Shown: in pieces, positions 24,118 through 36,450 of the stretch
Numbering within the stretch: position 1 is the stretch's first letter
Layout of the letters: every line of letters begins with the position of its first letter
Assembly: GCA_018398765.1 (NCBI GenBank)
Contig: JAHBMJ010000466.1
Coordinates: 1 to 64,000, forward strand
DNA length: 64,000 nucleotides
Source of the DNA: Chromera velia
Lineage: Eukaryota
Direction of reading: 5' to 3'
Program-made: the position numbers and the translations under genes
The notes under the pieces: generated by a model
The model's database searches: none
Told to the model about the DNA's origin: nothing
Seen by the model: only the letters and a program-made list of their open reading frames with translations

Positions 24118-26824
24118 ACCACACGGGAACGTCTGTCTGTCTGTCTGTCGATGCTGCAGATCGGCATTGTGGAGTTCGAGTCGAAGGAGGCGATGGACTA
24201 TGCCCTGAAGGAGATGCATGGGTCGGAGTTCAAGAACCCCTACGCATCCTCTACCATCGAGGTCGGTTCGTTGGTTGGGTAGGTAGGCAGGAAGGGAGGG
24301 AGGTGAGTGACTCGCGAGGTGTGTGTGAAAGGAGAAAGGCAGGTAAGTGACTCGGCTCTTACAGACTGGCCAGCATGAGTGAGAGCTGTCTGTTGAGTGT
24401 CGTGGTGGCAGAGGACTTTGGGGAAGTGATTGGGTGACAATCACGGGTTTGGCGAGTCGCATCCCCTTCATAGCCCTTGGAGGACTCTCTGCGTTTCGGT
24501 GCGGGTCCGTGTGTGTGTCGAAAGAGCGAGCGTCTGCCTAGCGTCCCCGAGGGGGGAGAGAGACGAGCCTCTGCAGATAGGGGGGGGGGGGCATTTTGTT
24601 CCCTTGAGAGCATTCCCCCGAGGGAAAAGCCAGCTAGCGAGAAACAGAAAGAAAGCCGTGGCGCTTACTCCCAGGGGAGAGGAGAGAAGGAAATCGATTG
24701 ACAGAAAGACAGAACGTTCGGCGGGGCTCGGACGGAAAGGGACGGACGGATAAGGAGTTCCTTCCTTCCTTGCTTCCAGGACGACCATGCAGCCAGCCAT
24801 CATCCGGCAAATCCATCTATCTCGGCATTGGGGGGGGCTGATGCTGGCAGCAGAGTCAGTCAATCAATAGGACGGGCAACAAGGAAAAGAGAAGAGAGAT
24901 TAGGAGGGGCGCTGAGTCAATGGAAGGAAGGATCTCTCCGGTGAAAGTATTGACGCACGCATGGGGTCTATGGAAGGAAGGATCTATCGGGTGAAGGGAA
25001 GGAAGCGACAGAGAGAGAGAGAGAGTAGAGGGCGGGGCCCCTGCGGCCCTCACCAATCGATGTCGGCAGAAATTCCCTAACAGCAGCAGCCTCCGTGTTT
25101 GTTTTTTTTGTGAAATGACGGTGTTCTATCGTGCATGCTTGTTTGGGTGTATTGACTTTCTATAGTCTCGTTTGTTTGCCTTCTCTCTCTCACTCTCTGT
25201 CTCCCTTTCTGTTGTCCTCCTTTGCTCTCTTTCTTTACCCCCCTCGTTCCTCCGCTGGGCCTTGCGTGAGTTCTCCCTTCATGTTTCCTTCTTCCTGTCT
25301 TTTCACCTTTGTTGGACTCGCTTTCTGATCTGAACCTTCCTCTTGCTTCCCTTTATTGGCCTCCTTGCCTAGTAGCGTTCCGTTTCTGAGAGAGGCGCAC
25401 TTCTTTCTTTCTGTCCTGCCTCCTGTGTCTCTTCTGTCGGCAACTCTTCATTTCCTCTGGTGCCTGGTTGTTGCCCTTCTTTCTGTCTTCCTTTCCCCCG
25501 CTGTTGGCTCCTGCCTGTCTCGCTGACTTGCGGCGATCCTCTAGGGAAAGGAAGTCGCGAGGTGATGGGAGAGAGGGTGTCTCTGGTTCTTCTTCTGTTT
25601 CCTTGTTCATTCGTCTGGGAGGTCCCACCGATTTTCCGTCCTTTTCTTTCTTCCTTCCTTTCTTGTGTGTCGTTGTGAACATTCCTCTGCACGCACGTTG
25701 TTGTTCTTTCAGTCGTTCGGAGGGGCGGGCGGGAGAGACGATTGGTTGTGCGATTCGATGGATCGATCGGTTAATTGGGGTTCTCTCTGGGTTTCGTTTC
25801 TTGAACGTTCGAACGATTGGTGGTCGGGATGGGCGAATTCGTTGCTTCGTGTCCTCGCTCTGGTGTTCTTTCTGTCCTCTCCCTCCCTCCCGTCCGTGCG
25901 GTCTGGTCTTTGACGGCCCCTCTTACACCGTTTGGTCGGGGGGTTCCTCCTCTGAGTGAGCCTCCCGTGCGGTCTGGTCTTTGACGGCCCCTCTTACACC
26001 GTTTGGTCGGGGGGTTCCTCCTCTGAGTGAGCCTCCCTCCCTCCTCGGACAGTGAAGTCGGGTGACGGATGGATGGATGAAAGGAGGGAAAGCTTCCGTG
26101 CGCTCGATTAGTCCCGCATTGGTCTTTTGAGCGAAGGAGGGAGGAAGATGGGTTTCCTCTTTCCTTCCTTTGTCGTTCCGTTGCCCTCCTCGGTGCGGTC
26201 TTGCGGAGTCCTCGTTTTCCCTCCTCTCCTCTCCTCTCCTCTCCTCTCCTGTTCTGTTGGACAGATAGATGGTGGAGGGCTGAAAGAGAGGGAAGCGGAG
26301 GAGGAGAATCCTCGACTCAGGGGAAGGAGGAGGCGACAGCGATGTTCTTCCTTCCCTTAATTGTTTCGTGTGCCCCCCCTCCCCTCCCTTTGGTTGGAAG
26401 GGACGGGGCGGGTTCGTTCGGTCGTTCGTTTGGGTCGAAAGGGAGGGATCGGATCACCCACACGCACTAGTGCCTCTTCTTAGCCTCCTCAGGGCTTCCT
26501 CGCACGATTGAATTGAACCAACCAAACCAAAACAGCGGGAGGGAATCACAGAATAGCAGGAGGAGGAGGGGAGTCGATCGAACGAGTGACATTGAGGGCA
26601 GAAAAAAAAAAAAGGCAAGGCAAGGAAGGGAAGCCGAATGACTCTATCTATGTGTGCTGGGTGAAGGTCTGAATGAATGCGTGTGTATCTGTGTTCTGTG
26701 TTAGAATGATATCTGGTGTGTGTCTCTTTTGAGTCGCACCTGTCACCTTCCAAGCGGACCATTCCAAATTTGAGTTGTCGGACATGCGATAGCTCTGTTG
26801 GGTTCCTTGTATGTGAATGTGTGT

Positions 26825-26867
<43 letters not shown>

Positions 26868-27438
26868 CGTGCGTGCGTGTGTGTGTCCCATTATTCTGTA
26901 AAGGGGGCAGAGCTCTTGATTGATCGCTTTCTTCCTCTCATGCAGGCAAATTAATCTCTCTTCTGCTATGCAGACCCACTTGGCTTCTTTCTCTCTGTCC
27001 CCCCTCCACCCCCCTCTTTGCCTTCCTGTGTGCAGCTGATGCCAGAGACCGAGTACCAGCGTCGCAGAGACAAGGGCGAGGAGATCCCGATGCCTGAGCA
27101 GAAGTCAGTCAGTCACTTAATTGGTGTGATGGGATGCGATGGGTGTGTGCATTGATGTATGCATGCTTTTTTGAGGTGGTGAGTTCCTCCGACGGTCTCT
27201 GCTGATTATTCTCGTCTTGAGGAGCTAGAAAGAGAGAAAGTCGCAATTGTTGTTCCTTCGGGAAAGCAGGCAGGCAGGCATGCAAGATCCATGAAGAACC
27301 TGAGGGTGTAAGGGAGTCCATCGAGATCTTCCTCTCTCTCTGGCGTGTGCGTGTGTGTGTGTGTGTTGGTGTGTGTGTGTGTGTGTGTTGGTGTGTGTGT
27401 GTGTGTGTGTGTTGGTGTGTGTGTGTGTGTTGGTGTTG

Positions 27439-27473
<35 letters not shown>

Positions 27474-28013
27474 TGAGTGAGTGATTTTGAGTGTGAGAGT
27501 CTTTGAGTGTGAATGTACGCGTGCGGAGACTGGAGGAAATCACGACGCGAAGCACGGGAGACCCCACTTCACAGACACCAGAGACGAGAGAGAGTTGTTG
27601 TGGTACATTAGTATACGGAGGCATGATACCGTATGTGCACAAAGTACCACCTGCCTTTGTGCGTGCGTCTATGCAGGAAGAGAGGAAGATCCCGCTCCCG
27701 CTCCCGTCCGAAGGACAGGAGAGGGAGGTCCAGGTCCCGCTCCAGGTCCCGAGGCAAGGAGAGAAAAGAGGACGAGAAGGACGCCCCTGCGGATGAGGGA
27801 GACGACAAGAAGGACGATGCCCCTCCTGCTGCCGAGGGAGATGATGATGAGGGCGAGGCCCGCAAAGAGGGGGAGGAAGAGGAGGACAAGCCTGCCGAGG
27901 CAGAGGGAGAGGGAGCGAATGGCTTCCCGTCTTCTGAGCAGCCGACAAGAGAGGGGGAAGGGGAGGGCGACGAGGAAGCAGAAGCAAAGGAGGAGGAAGA
28001 GGGAAAGGAGTGA
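22151..28013 (+). CDS. Serine/arginine-rich splicing factor, SRSF1 (ASF/SF2)-like: two RRMs, RGG linker, RS domain, acidic tail
   Basis: Eight exons in phase: 22151-22240, 22353-22438, 22710-22756, 23216-23363, 23693-23807, 24160-24261, 27036-27103, 27677-28013. RRM1 VFVGGLP...FAFVEM; diagnostic RRM2 motif [16 protein letters not shown] repeats. Confidence 0.93.
25894..26036. repeat. Perfect 71-bp tandem duplication in SR intron 6
   Basis: CCGTGCGGTCTGGTCTTTGACGG...CTGAGTGAGCCTC starts at 25894 and again at 25965. Confidence 0.92.
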
Positions 28014-28463
28014 AAGAAAGCAGTCAGAAGAGGAGACGAAGAAGATCATCAGATGGGGCAGAGGCAGAGGAGAAGAGAGGAAGAATTGAGAGAGGAGCAA
28101 GGAAAGGAAGAGAACGGGAAGAAGAAGAAGACGAGCGTACACACATGGAAAAGGATGACCAAGAAAGAAGAAGAAGAAGATCGCTGCCCGGCTGTCATCT
28201 TCTTGTGAGCAGAGAGACGGAAAGACAGAACAAGAAGAAGAGTAGATTGGTGAGGGTTCCCCGTTCTTTTGTCTTTTTGGCCTCTGCTCTCGTTCTTCGA
28301 TTCTCCTCCCCTTTCTGTTGATGTTCCTTTGATCCGTTTTTCCTCTTTTCCTTCCCTTCCTCCCTCGATCTCTCTAGCTCTCCCACTTATCAGGAGCGTC
28401 GCCTCTTTTCTTTCACCTGTTTGTATTCCATCCTCCGCAATTCAACCACGTACTCATCTTGAC

Positions 28464-28496
<33 letters not shown>

Positions 28497-29209
28497 CGAG
28501 CGAAACTTACGTACAGACAGACAGACAGACCCTTCTTGTTCTCCTGCCTTCTCTTTGTGTCGTAAAGAAGGAGAGCAGGCAGGAGCCAGAAAGCAGAGAC
28601 AGGCAGAAAACACCGTCTTTCTTCCCTCCTTTGTCGTCTAGATTCAAATTAAGAGCCCGCATGCATGCATGCATGCACACATACGGGGGATGGTCATCTC
28701 CCTCCGTGATGATCCCCTGGGATCATTTTATGGAGGCAGACGGAAGGAGCGAGCAAGGCAATACAGCCACAGGTGATGGGGGTTCATATAGCGGGGCATG
28801 TGGAGGTTGCTTTGCAGTCTCTTTCTGAGACTTTTTCAGGTTTCCATCCACTCACGTCTTTGGAAACGAGGGGATCGAGGGTGTTTGTAGAAGCAGTAAT
28901 GAGGGACATCTCCGTTGTTTGTGAGTTGCCGTGGAGAGGAGAGGTCTGTTTGTGGAGGCAATGAGCAGCTAGAAGGGGGTTTGCATGCCCTTCGTTCTGG
29001 CCTTCGTTTCTTCCAATCTATGAATTCCCCCTTTCCTTCCTTCAAGAACGAATTCATTACAAACTCATGTAATTACTCCATGTAAGTTCAAATTGATAGC
29101 CACTTGCAACTTTGCAACCTGGTGATTTCTAAGGTGATTTGCTGTGATACAGCTCGACCTGCTTTGGTTGCCCTGTTTCCCCAGCTGTCTTCCGTCATGC
29201 CCTGCAAAA

Positions 29210-29395
29210 AATGTTAGAAAAGTGATAGAAAAATTGTTAGAAAAGTAAAAGAAACGTGATAGAATACTGATAGAAAAGTGATAGAAATTCAAAGTTAGAA
29301 AAGTAATAGAAATTAGACTTTAATTTCTGATATGTTAGAAATTATAGTCAATTTCTATCAAATGTTAGAAATATTAGAAAAGTGATAGAAAAGTG
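29210..29395. repeat. Short-period repeat (TTAGAAAAGTGATAGAAA), possibly a subterminal repeat of a DNA transposon remnant
   Basis: Visible. Reverse-complement words (TTTTCTAAC) occur near 30270-30295. Confidence 0.6.
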
Positions 29396-30482
29396 GGTGA
29401 GTGAATAAGTACAGCATTGATCGAAGAAATGAAGTGAATGCTTGGACTTTGTCTCGTTCTAAGTCGTTCATAAAACATCATATACGTGAAAGCTTCATTG
29501 TCTTATGATTCGGTATCCCAAAGTTCAGGAGTTGTTCATACCCCAAACGTCCGAAGCGTTCCTTCTGTCACCTTGTCAAATGTTGCATGCCCCTCTGCAT
29601 GAATTTGATCAGAGCCCAAAACTCACCGATGACCAATATGCAAACAAAAGAAGTAGAGGCCAAAGCGTCGAGAGGAAAGAGTAGCTAAGGAAAGGAAGGA
29701 AGCACTTTGTTGGGGATAAAAAAAGGGTATCAGGTAGCATCAGGGGACAGGCTGGTCAATCTTCTTATCAGACTCGTTAAAGCCTTATCTATCTATCTAT
29801 CTGTCTGTCTGTCTGTGTGCACCAGTGCAACACGGCGTATATCTGCATGCCTGTCCGTACACACTACTACACCAACGGTGAGAGACCCCTTTAAATCATG
29901 CGCTGACGGTTGAATGAGAAATGCTACCCGCTTATCTGCTAGTACCTAATCATGGTCTAATCAAGATGCAAAATCGTTCTACAAAGATATCGCTCATTCA
30001 CTGCAAGTTGAAAACAAGCAGCATGATCCTTGCCATCTGATGAATCTATTCAATGAGTGGTTTGTATGAAGACTAAGCTGTGCCAGCCTGTTTTCCAGAT
30101 AGTGGAATCAATGTCCGAATCATCAGTGGCTTCAACATACTTCAACAGGAAGAAAAACTTGCAGTTCTTTTGTTCCACTGGCAGTTCTTTACGTTTACTT
30201 CAGGTCTTACTAAATTTATGTATTCCATTATCAAAAGTTAGCTTCTCTCTACACAAAATATTGATTGCAGTTTTTCTAACCCAGTTTTCTAACTGTAATC
30301 AAGCTGCACGCCATGAGTATTAACTTCTAACTAGAGTAATTCATTATACTTGAGAATTTTGCTAGGAATTTTAAGAAATGACTGTCCTTTTATGCACTAT
30401 TACATATTGATACATCTTTAATGTTAAATTTAATAGCTATAACCAAAACATTTTAGTATCTATGGGTATCACAACAAAAAAA

Positions 30483-30705
30483 CTAGGCCTATTACAGAGA
30501 AAAAAAAAATAATTTAAGCCCGTTCTCGCTTAATTTTTTTTTTTTGTCCGACGATGTTAGGTGACAAACAACTGTTGTTCAAGTGTTGCATAAGTATTGT
30601 TTTGGTGTTGCACAAGTGTTGCTTAGGTGTTGCATAAAAAAAAAAGAAAAAAATAATTTAAGCCAATTTTGGTTTACTTTTTTTTTTTTGCTGTGATACG
30701 CCTAG
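30483..30705. mobile_element. MITE (family A) nested in a relative
   Basis: TIRs CTAGGCCTATTACAG / CTGTGATACGCCTAG, flanked on both sides by CAAAAAAA (candidate 8-bp TSD, low complexity). Confidence 0.65.
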
Positions 30706-30784
30706 CAAAAAAAAAACTTGTAGTAAAGCCCAGTCTGGCTTACTTTTTTTGGGGGGGCCGATGATAATAATGATATGTTAAGTG

Positions 30785-31301
30785 TAGTGACCAGATTTGA
30801 TTTGATTTGATTTAAAGTAGGGCTTAACCTCAAATCAAATCTTAGGCCTGAGAGACTTTAGCATGATAAGGCCTATCAAATCCTATCAAATCTACTTTAA
30901 ATCTGACCTTTTAACCTCAAATGATGAGTCAAATCTCTAAGATAACTCAAGTCTGAAGTTAACATGACTCTCTAGGATAACTCTAAGATAAAAACTTATG
31001 TAAGCTCTTAGCTTTGACAATAGCTCATTAATTTTCAAAGTTGAGAGTCTTAATTTAGCTTGTAGTTAGGCTTTTAGTCTAGTTTTTAGTGATTTTCTTA
31101 TTTCTAGAGCTTTCTAGGATTTGTTAGTGGTGTCGTCTATGCCATGTCGTCTTCAGTGCTGTCGAGAGTGACCTCTAGACTTCAACCTCAAATCTACTTC
31201 AAATCTGGTCACTGGCAGTGGTCAGATTTGAGCTTGAAGCTCAAATCAAATCAAATCAAATTAAATCAAATCAAATCCTATTAAGTCAAATCTGGTCACT
31301 A
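30785..31301. mobile_element. Non-autonomous hAT-like element
   Basis: 16-bp perfect TIR TAGTGACCAGATTTGA / TCAAATCTGGTCACTA, exact 8-bp TSD GTTAAGTG (30777-30784 and 31302-31309), subterminal (TTTGA)n repeats. An 8-bp TSD with YAG termini is typical of hAT. Confidence 0.88.
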
Positions 31302-31810
31302 GTTAAGTGACAAACAACTGTTGTTCACGTATTGCATAACTGTTGTATGAATGTTGCACAACTGTTGCTTAGCTGTTACAAAAAAAATAAAAATAAAGCT
31401 ATAATTCTGGTTTACTTTTTTGTTGGTAATTGTTGTGATACGCTCTAGGATACGCTTATAGTCCAGTATAATGAATTTATACTATCATACTGCTATGATA
31501 GTAATTCAATTTAGCTATGATAATTCAGATCTAAAGCCCGGGAACCTTGCGGTGTTCTAGGCGGTGTTAGTTACCATCATTTCATTCGACATTCATAAAT
31601 CCTACTAAGCAAAAATCGCAAAAGAAGTTGGTCGACATTTTATTCTCTAGTTTATTTATTATAAAAGCTCGGCGCATTGGTATAAACGCCAACATGATAT
31701 CTACATGTGTTTTAATGCAGCTGCACTGCTAACTGCACCGGCAAAACAGTACATTCAGTTCATGTTTTTATTTCAATTCACGTAGCTCCGATCTAAAATC
31801 ATTTGTCCAT

Positions 31811-34001
31811 TTACTTCTTCTTCGTTTTTGAAGAAGCAGCTGCGCCTGATTTGAGCGACTTGCCTCCCGACTTTTCCTTCACAACTTTCTTTTTCACGTT
31901 CGGAGAGGAAGAAGGGGAGGGAGAGGAAGGAGATGCACGGCTCGGCCTGCCTGCCGCTTTTTTTTTGCCCTTCTCCCCGCCGTCCACTTTCTCTCCCTTT
32001 GCTTGACTCTTCCCACTCTTCTCTTTTGGCTCTGCTGCTGGTGCTGCTGACGGGCTGCTCTCCTTCTTTTTCTTTTTGGCCTTGACCTCTGGTTGAGAGG
32101 GCGCAGGTGCCTGAGGGGAACCCCTTTTCTTCCCAGCAACTGCAGTCGAAGCAGCAGCAGACGAAGAAGAAGAGGAAGAGGAAGGTTTCGTCTTGGGTGC
32201 TTTTGCCTTGGGTTCCTTCGCTTTCCGGGGCCCTTTCATCTCGGCCTCCAGAGGCACGTCATCGTCATCAATCAGGTGCAGGTCCTCCATCAGAGTATCC
32301 TCCACTCCCCCTTTCTTGGTCTGCTTTTTGCCTTTCAACTCTGGCTCTGGCTTCACCTTGATTCCCTTCTCCTCCCCCCCCTCTTTCTTTTCCACCTTCC
32401 CCGTCTCCAACTCGTCCTCGTCGTCTCCGTCGTCGTCTTCGGAGTCCTCTGCCTCCTCCGGGCTGAGCAAGGGAAATGCATGGATTGATTGATTCAACCA
32501 CGCACATCCCTCAAATACACAGAACGAACGAAAATGTGCAGCACCAAACACACACTCCAAGTGGCCAGAGAGAAAATGTATAAGATAGATGCATGTCCCC
32601 ACCCAAACACACCGAAGAAATGACCTCTTCAGAGATGAATGAAGGCAAGGGAAGGGAACGACAGAACATGCAGTGATTTAAGAATGGAAGTCTACCGTGG
32701 TTGGTAAGTGCGTGCGGGACCAGAGAGCGGGATCGTCCTTTGCTTGTTTCTTGATGGAGATAGGCTTCATGGAAGGAAGGAAGGAAGGAAGGAAGGAAGG
32801 AAGAAAGAAAGAAAGAAAGAAAGTAAGAAAGAAAGACAGGATGAAAGAAAGGAAGAAAGAAAGAAAGAAAGAAAGAAAGGAAGAAAGGAAGAAAGGAAGA
32901 AAGGAAGAAAGGAAAGAAGGAAAGAAGGAAAGAAAGAAAGAAATGAATAAAGAGAGCAGAGCGATAGACTGGCCTAACTTGCTTCCTTGATTCTTGGCGA
33001 TGATAAAAATGGAAGGAAAAAAAACGAACTCCATCTAGGCAAACGGACAACGTGCAGGACACCCGACCTACGTACCCGTAAATGAACATCGCCTCCTCCT
33101 TGGCCTTCCTCTCTTCCCTTTTTCTGGTCTTCTCCTCTCTATCCTTCTCCCTGAGGGCCTCCAAATTCTTCTTTCTGATTGCTGCCGCCTCCTCCTTCGA
33201 GAGCAGAGGACCTCCCTGCAGCTGCACAGGGTTCGTCCACACCGGCAATGACACTGTCTGGGGGCCCTTGACGGAAATGTCCAATATGACGTTCTGGAAA
33301 TCTTCGTCGGTCCCGAAAAACTCAAACGCGGCCTTCACCGCCCTGCATTGCAATGCGTGCGTCATCATCAAAGGGACAGGACGGGGGGGCATGTGCAGTG
33401 AGTTGATTGATTGGTTTGATACATTCTTTGTCCTTCCGGCTAGAGCATTTGAGTGCATGATGATCGAGGGATCGACAGAGACACTGAGTGTTACAGTGGG
33501 GACAGGAGAGGAGAGCAGAGCAGAGAGCAGACAGGAAACGAGTGGAGAAGAGAGAACAGAGGAGAGAGAGAGAGAAAAATAGAAAGGAGCGGAAACGTCG
33601 CTGGTTCAGAGAGTCATCGTTGGAGGAAGGGAGGAAGGAGGGAAGGAAGGAACGAACGAAAAAAAGAAAGAAAGAAAGAAAGAAAGAAAGAAAAGAAAGA
33701 AAGAAAGAAAGAAAGAACGAAAGAAAGAAAGACAGCAAAAGACTAAAGAAAAACAAAAGAAACTCACGCGATTCCGTTCTCTGCAAGTTCCGAGGGCTTC
33801 ATTGTAGGCTTCCCGATCTTCACCGTCCTGCATTCAAATGCGGAGAGGCAGGCTGCATGACTTCTTTTTTTCTTTTTTCTTTCTCTCTTTCTTTCTTTCT
33901 TTCTTTCTTTCTCCTTTCAAACCAAATTGAAACAGAGAGACAGACAGACAGACAGACAGACACACACACACACACACACACAGAGAGAGACAGAGAGCGA
34001 G

Positions 34002-34032
<31 letters not shown>

Positions 34033-35686
34033 CCACGCAGGCAGGCAGGGAGACCACGTTTCCTTTTTCCATTCAGAGCGACCTCTTGCATGGAGCAAAG
34101 CGCAAAAGAAATAGAAGGGGAAAGTGAGAAGGAACAGAAAGACCACACAGCCAAGTGGACGACTGAGGGAGGCCCCTCCCTGCCCCCTCTTTCTCAGCAT
34201 GTCTGTCTCTCTATATATCTATATATCTCAGCAAAGAGAAGAGAAGAGAAGAGAGAGAAGAACCAACAAACACACAGACAGACTCACACTGTTGTGCCTG
34301 CCCCGATCTTCATGAAGCTGCCCTCCAGAGCGCTCTTGATATCTGTGGTGTGGTCGCTGGCCGGAAGTTTGACGGGGAAAGGAAACCTGCATGCCGGCCG
34401 GTCGATACACAGGCAAGCAGGGCAGGGCAGATCACAACTTTGTTTCTCCTCTCTCTGATGCCATTTTCTCACTCAGAAAGAGAGGGGAAATAGAGGTAGG
34501 GTGGAGAGGAGAGAAAGAACTCAAACTCGACATGAATGGCCCCGTTCAACTGCTCGAAACGCTCACACGCCTCTTTCTGTTTTCATGAACCAAAACATCA
34601 TTGAAGGAAGCCACACTTCATTTCAACTCAGCACAATGGAATGACGCTCGTGAACTTGAGAAGTGAATTCTGCTGCAAGTTCTTCCCACTCACTTGTTCT
34701 TTGCGAAGAACATGGATCCCAAAATGTTCGGGAGGGCCCCCCAGACCTGGTTGGAGGCCAGGAAGATGTCGAAGGAGTTGCAGAGGGTCCGCTTGTCCTT
34801 TATGGTTTTGAACTTTTTCGCCAACTTCTCCATGTCGATGATCTGAATACATACGAGTAAATACACTTACGCACACGCATATCAAGGTCTAATTGAACTT
34901 TTCCGCCAACTTCTCTATGTCGATGATCTGTAGCACACAGTCGGTCAAACCGGAGAGGAATCGAGGGGGGAAAGGAGGTCGAAGCAACGACAGTGGATAC
35001 AGACCAAGAAGACGACAACAGAAGTGAAGGCAGAGGCCCTCAGTGTAAGATGAAAAAGAGTGTTGAAAGGACGGGGCTGGATGCGGATTGAATGTTTGAG
35101 GAGACTGCTGAAGCTGTACATAGGTCAGACGATTCAAGCAAGGCGGGGAGGTGCATTCCATCCCTGCAGGACTGCAGCCATCCAAACGGTTCAGAATGTG
35201 TTAACACAGCTGGAGGCATCCTAATAAGAGGGAAGACAGACCTTCACGATACCTTCAACGGGTTCCTCGAGGAATTTATCCTTCCATTTCCTTTGAGGAG
35301 CAGGGGTGATGAGGCAGATCTCGATGTCTTTGTTGTAGATCGGGTGGGGAAGGGGACTGCACACACTCGTTTCAACAGGCCGGAAAGGGATATTGAACAC
35401 AATCTGGTAATGACAGGGGCAGAAAAGAGGGAGGAAGGAGGAGAGGAGGGAGCACTGACACTCTGATGGGTCGGAGTCTCTTTTGCTTGGGTGCGACTTG
35501 GAGTGTGAAATCGATGTTGAGCCATGGGATTGTGCTTTCAAACAGTTCCGCTGACTTCCCTGCCTCCTCATCCTTCTCCTTCATCTTCTCCAGCTGAAGG
35601 ATCAGAGTGGAGAACGCCTTCTTCAGCTGGTCGAGTCCCACTTTTGGGACAACCACCTCGCTCTCAGGCTTCACTTTCCTGCTCAT
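31811..35686 (-). CDS. RSL1D1: Ribosomal L1 domain-containing nucleolar protein (RSL1D1/Cic1/Utp30-like) with an acidic and Lys-rich tail
   Basis: Seven exons in phase: 35686-35460, 35356-35242, 34842-34694, 34386-34288, 33827-33768, 33342-33076, 32462-31811. Motifs: RPIRVPLPHPI...EICLIT, KRTLCNSFDIFLA...LPNILGSMFF.KNKFPFPV, VKIG..TM...ELAEN, SLPVW. Confidence 0.88.
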
Positions 35687-36019
35687 GTCTCCAAGATAAC
35701 CGACAAGAATCGAACCAATCAACGGAAGGGAAAGAAACGCAGAAAAAGGATTCCTCACAAACGCAGTCAACAAAAAATGAGCGTGCTCAAAAACTGTATG
35801 TGAATTCCGTGTGAAGGCTGAAGATGGCCGAAAAACATGATTCAATCAAGAGATGTGCATGATGTGACACCAAGATCCGACTTTGGCCCAGCCCGACTTT
35901 CCGGGACGAAGGTGCATGGTCCCGGAAAGCGACAAAATGTGAACGCTTTCGAAATCAGAGGAGACGCGTATCCGGTATACCGATACAGGATCGGAGAGAC
36001 AGTCTGTATGCCTCCGTCA

Positions 36020-36150
36020 AAGCGGCCGCGGTTTTTGACGCACGCGTCGGAGCGCCTGTTGGCACGCGGTCGGACCTGCGCGGACCGTGACGCGTGACGT
36101 CCGCGCGCGCGCGCGGGGTCCACCGCGTCCATGCAGGCATGCATGCAGAA
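36020..36150. promoter_or_regulatory. CpG-rich candidate bidirectional promoter with TGCATGCA
   Basis: CGCGCGCG run and GCATGCATGCA between divergent ATGs at 35686 and 36451. Inferred from position only. Confidence 0.4.
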
Positions 36151-36450
36151 TTTATAGTTCCTGACTGATTGAATCCTGACTGACCTGCATGGCTGGCTCT
36201 GTCTTCTTCCTTCCGGTTACTACATCGGTCGTGCTGCCTCCACATTCATATATATCTGGGCGAAGCCCTCCTCTGCATTTGCAGCTGAGCAGCCGGACCC
36301 TCTCCCGGACGCACTTGGAAAGATATTGGTGATCAGAGTCATCAGACTGAGATTTCGTTATATATACGTGTATATATATATCTGTCTCCTCACAATCGGA
36401 CACGAGTCTAGAATCGCGTTTCCAAGACATCCACAGACTTGCCTGCAGAA

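Larger units (their letters stand above)
30460..31448. mobile_element. Outer MITE-like element (family A) interrupted by two insertions
   Basis: Imperfect terminal inverted repeats CTATGGGTATCACAA ... TTGTGATACGCTCTAG. The interior is homologous to the element at 30483-30705. Confidence 0.55.

Noticed and set aside
25894..25964. Intronic snoRNA
   Set aside because: CTGA is present but there is no C box or terminal stem
29420..29690. Minus-strand fragment ending AFTYMMFYERL, reminiscent of a USP C-terminus
   Set aside because: Stops in the frame, no convincing Cys/His boxes, and another frame looks equally protein-like
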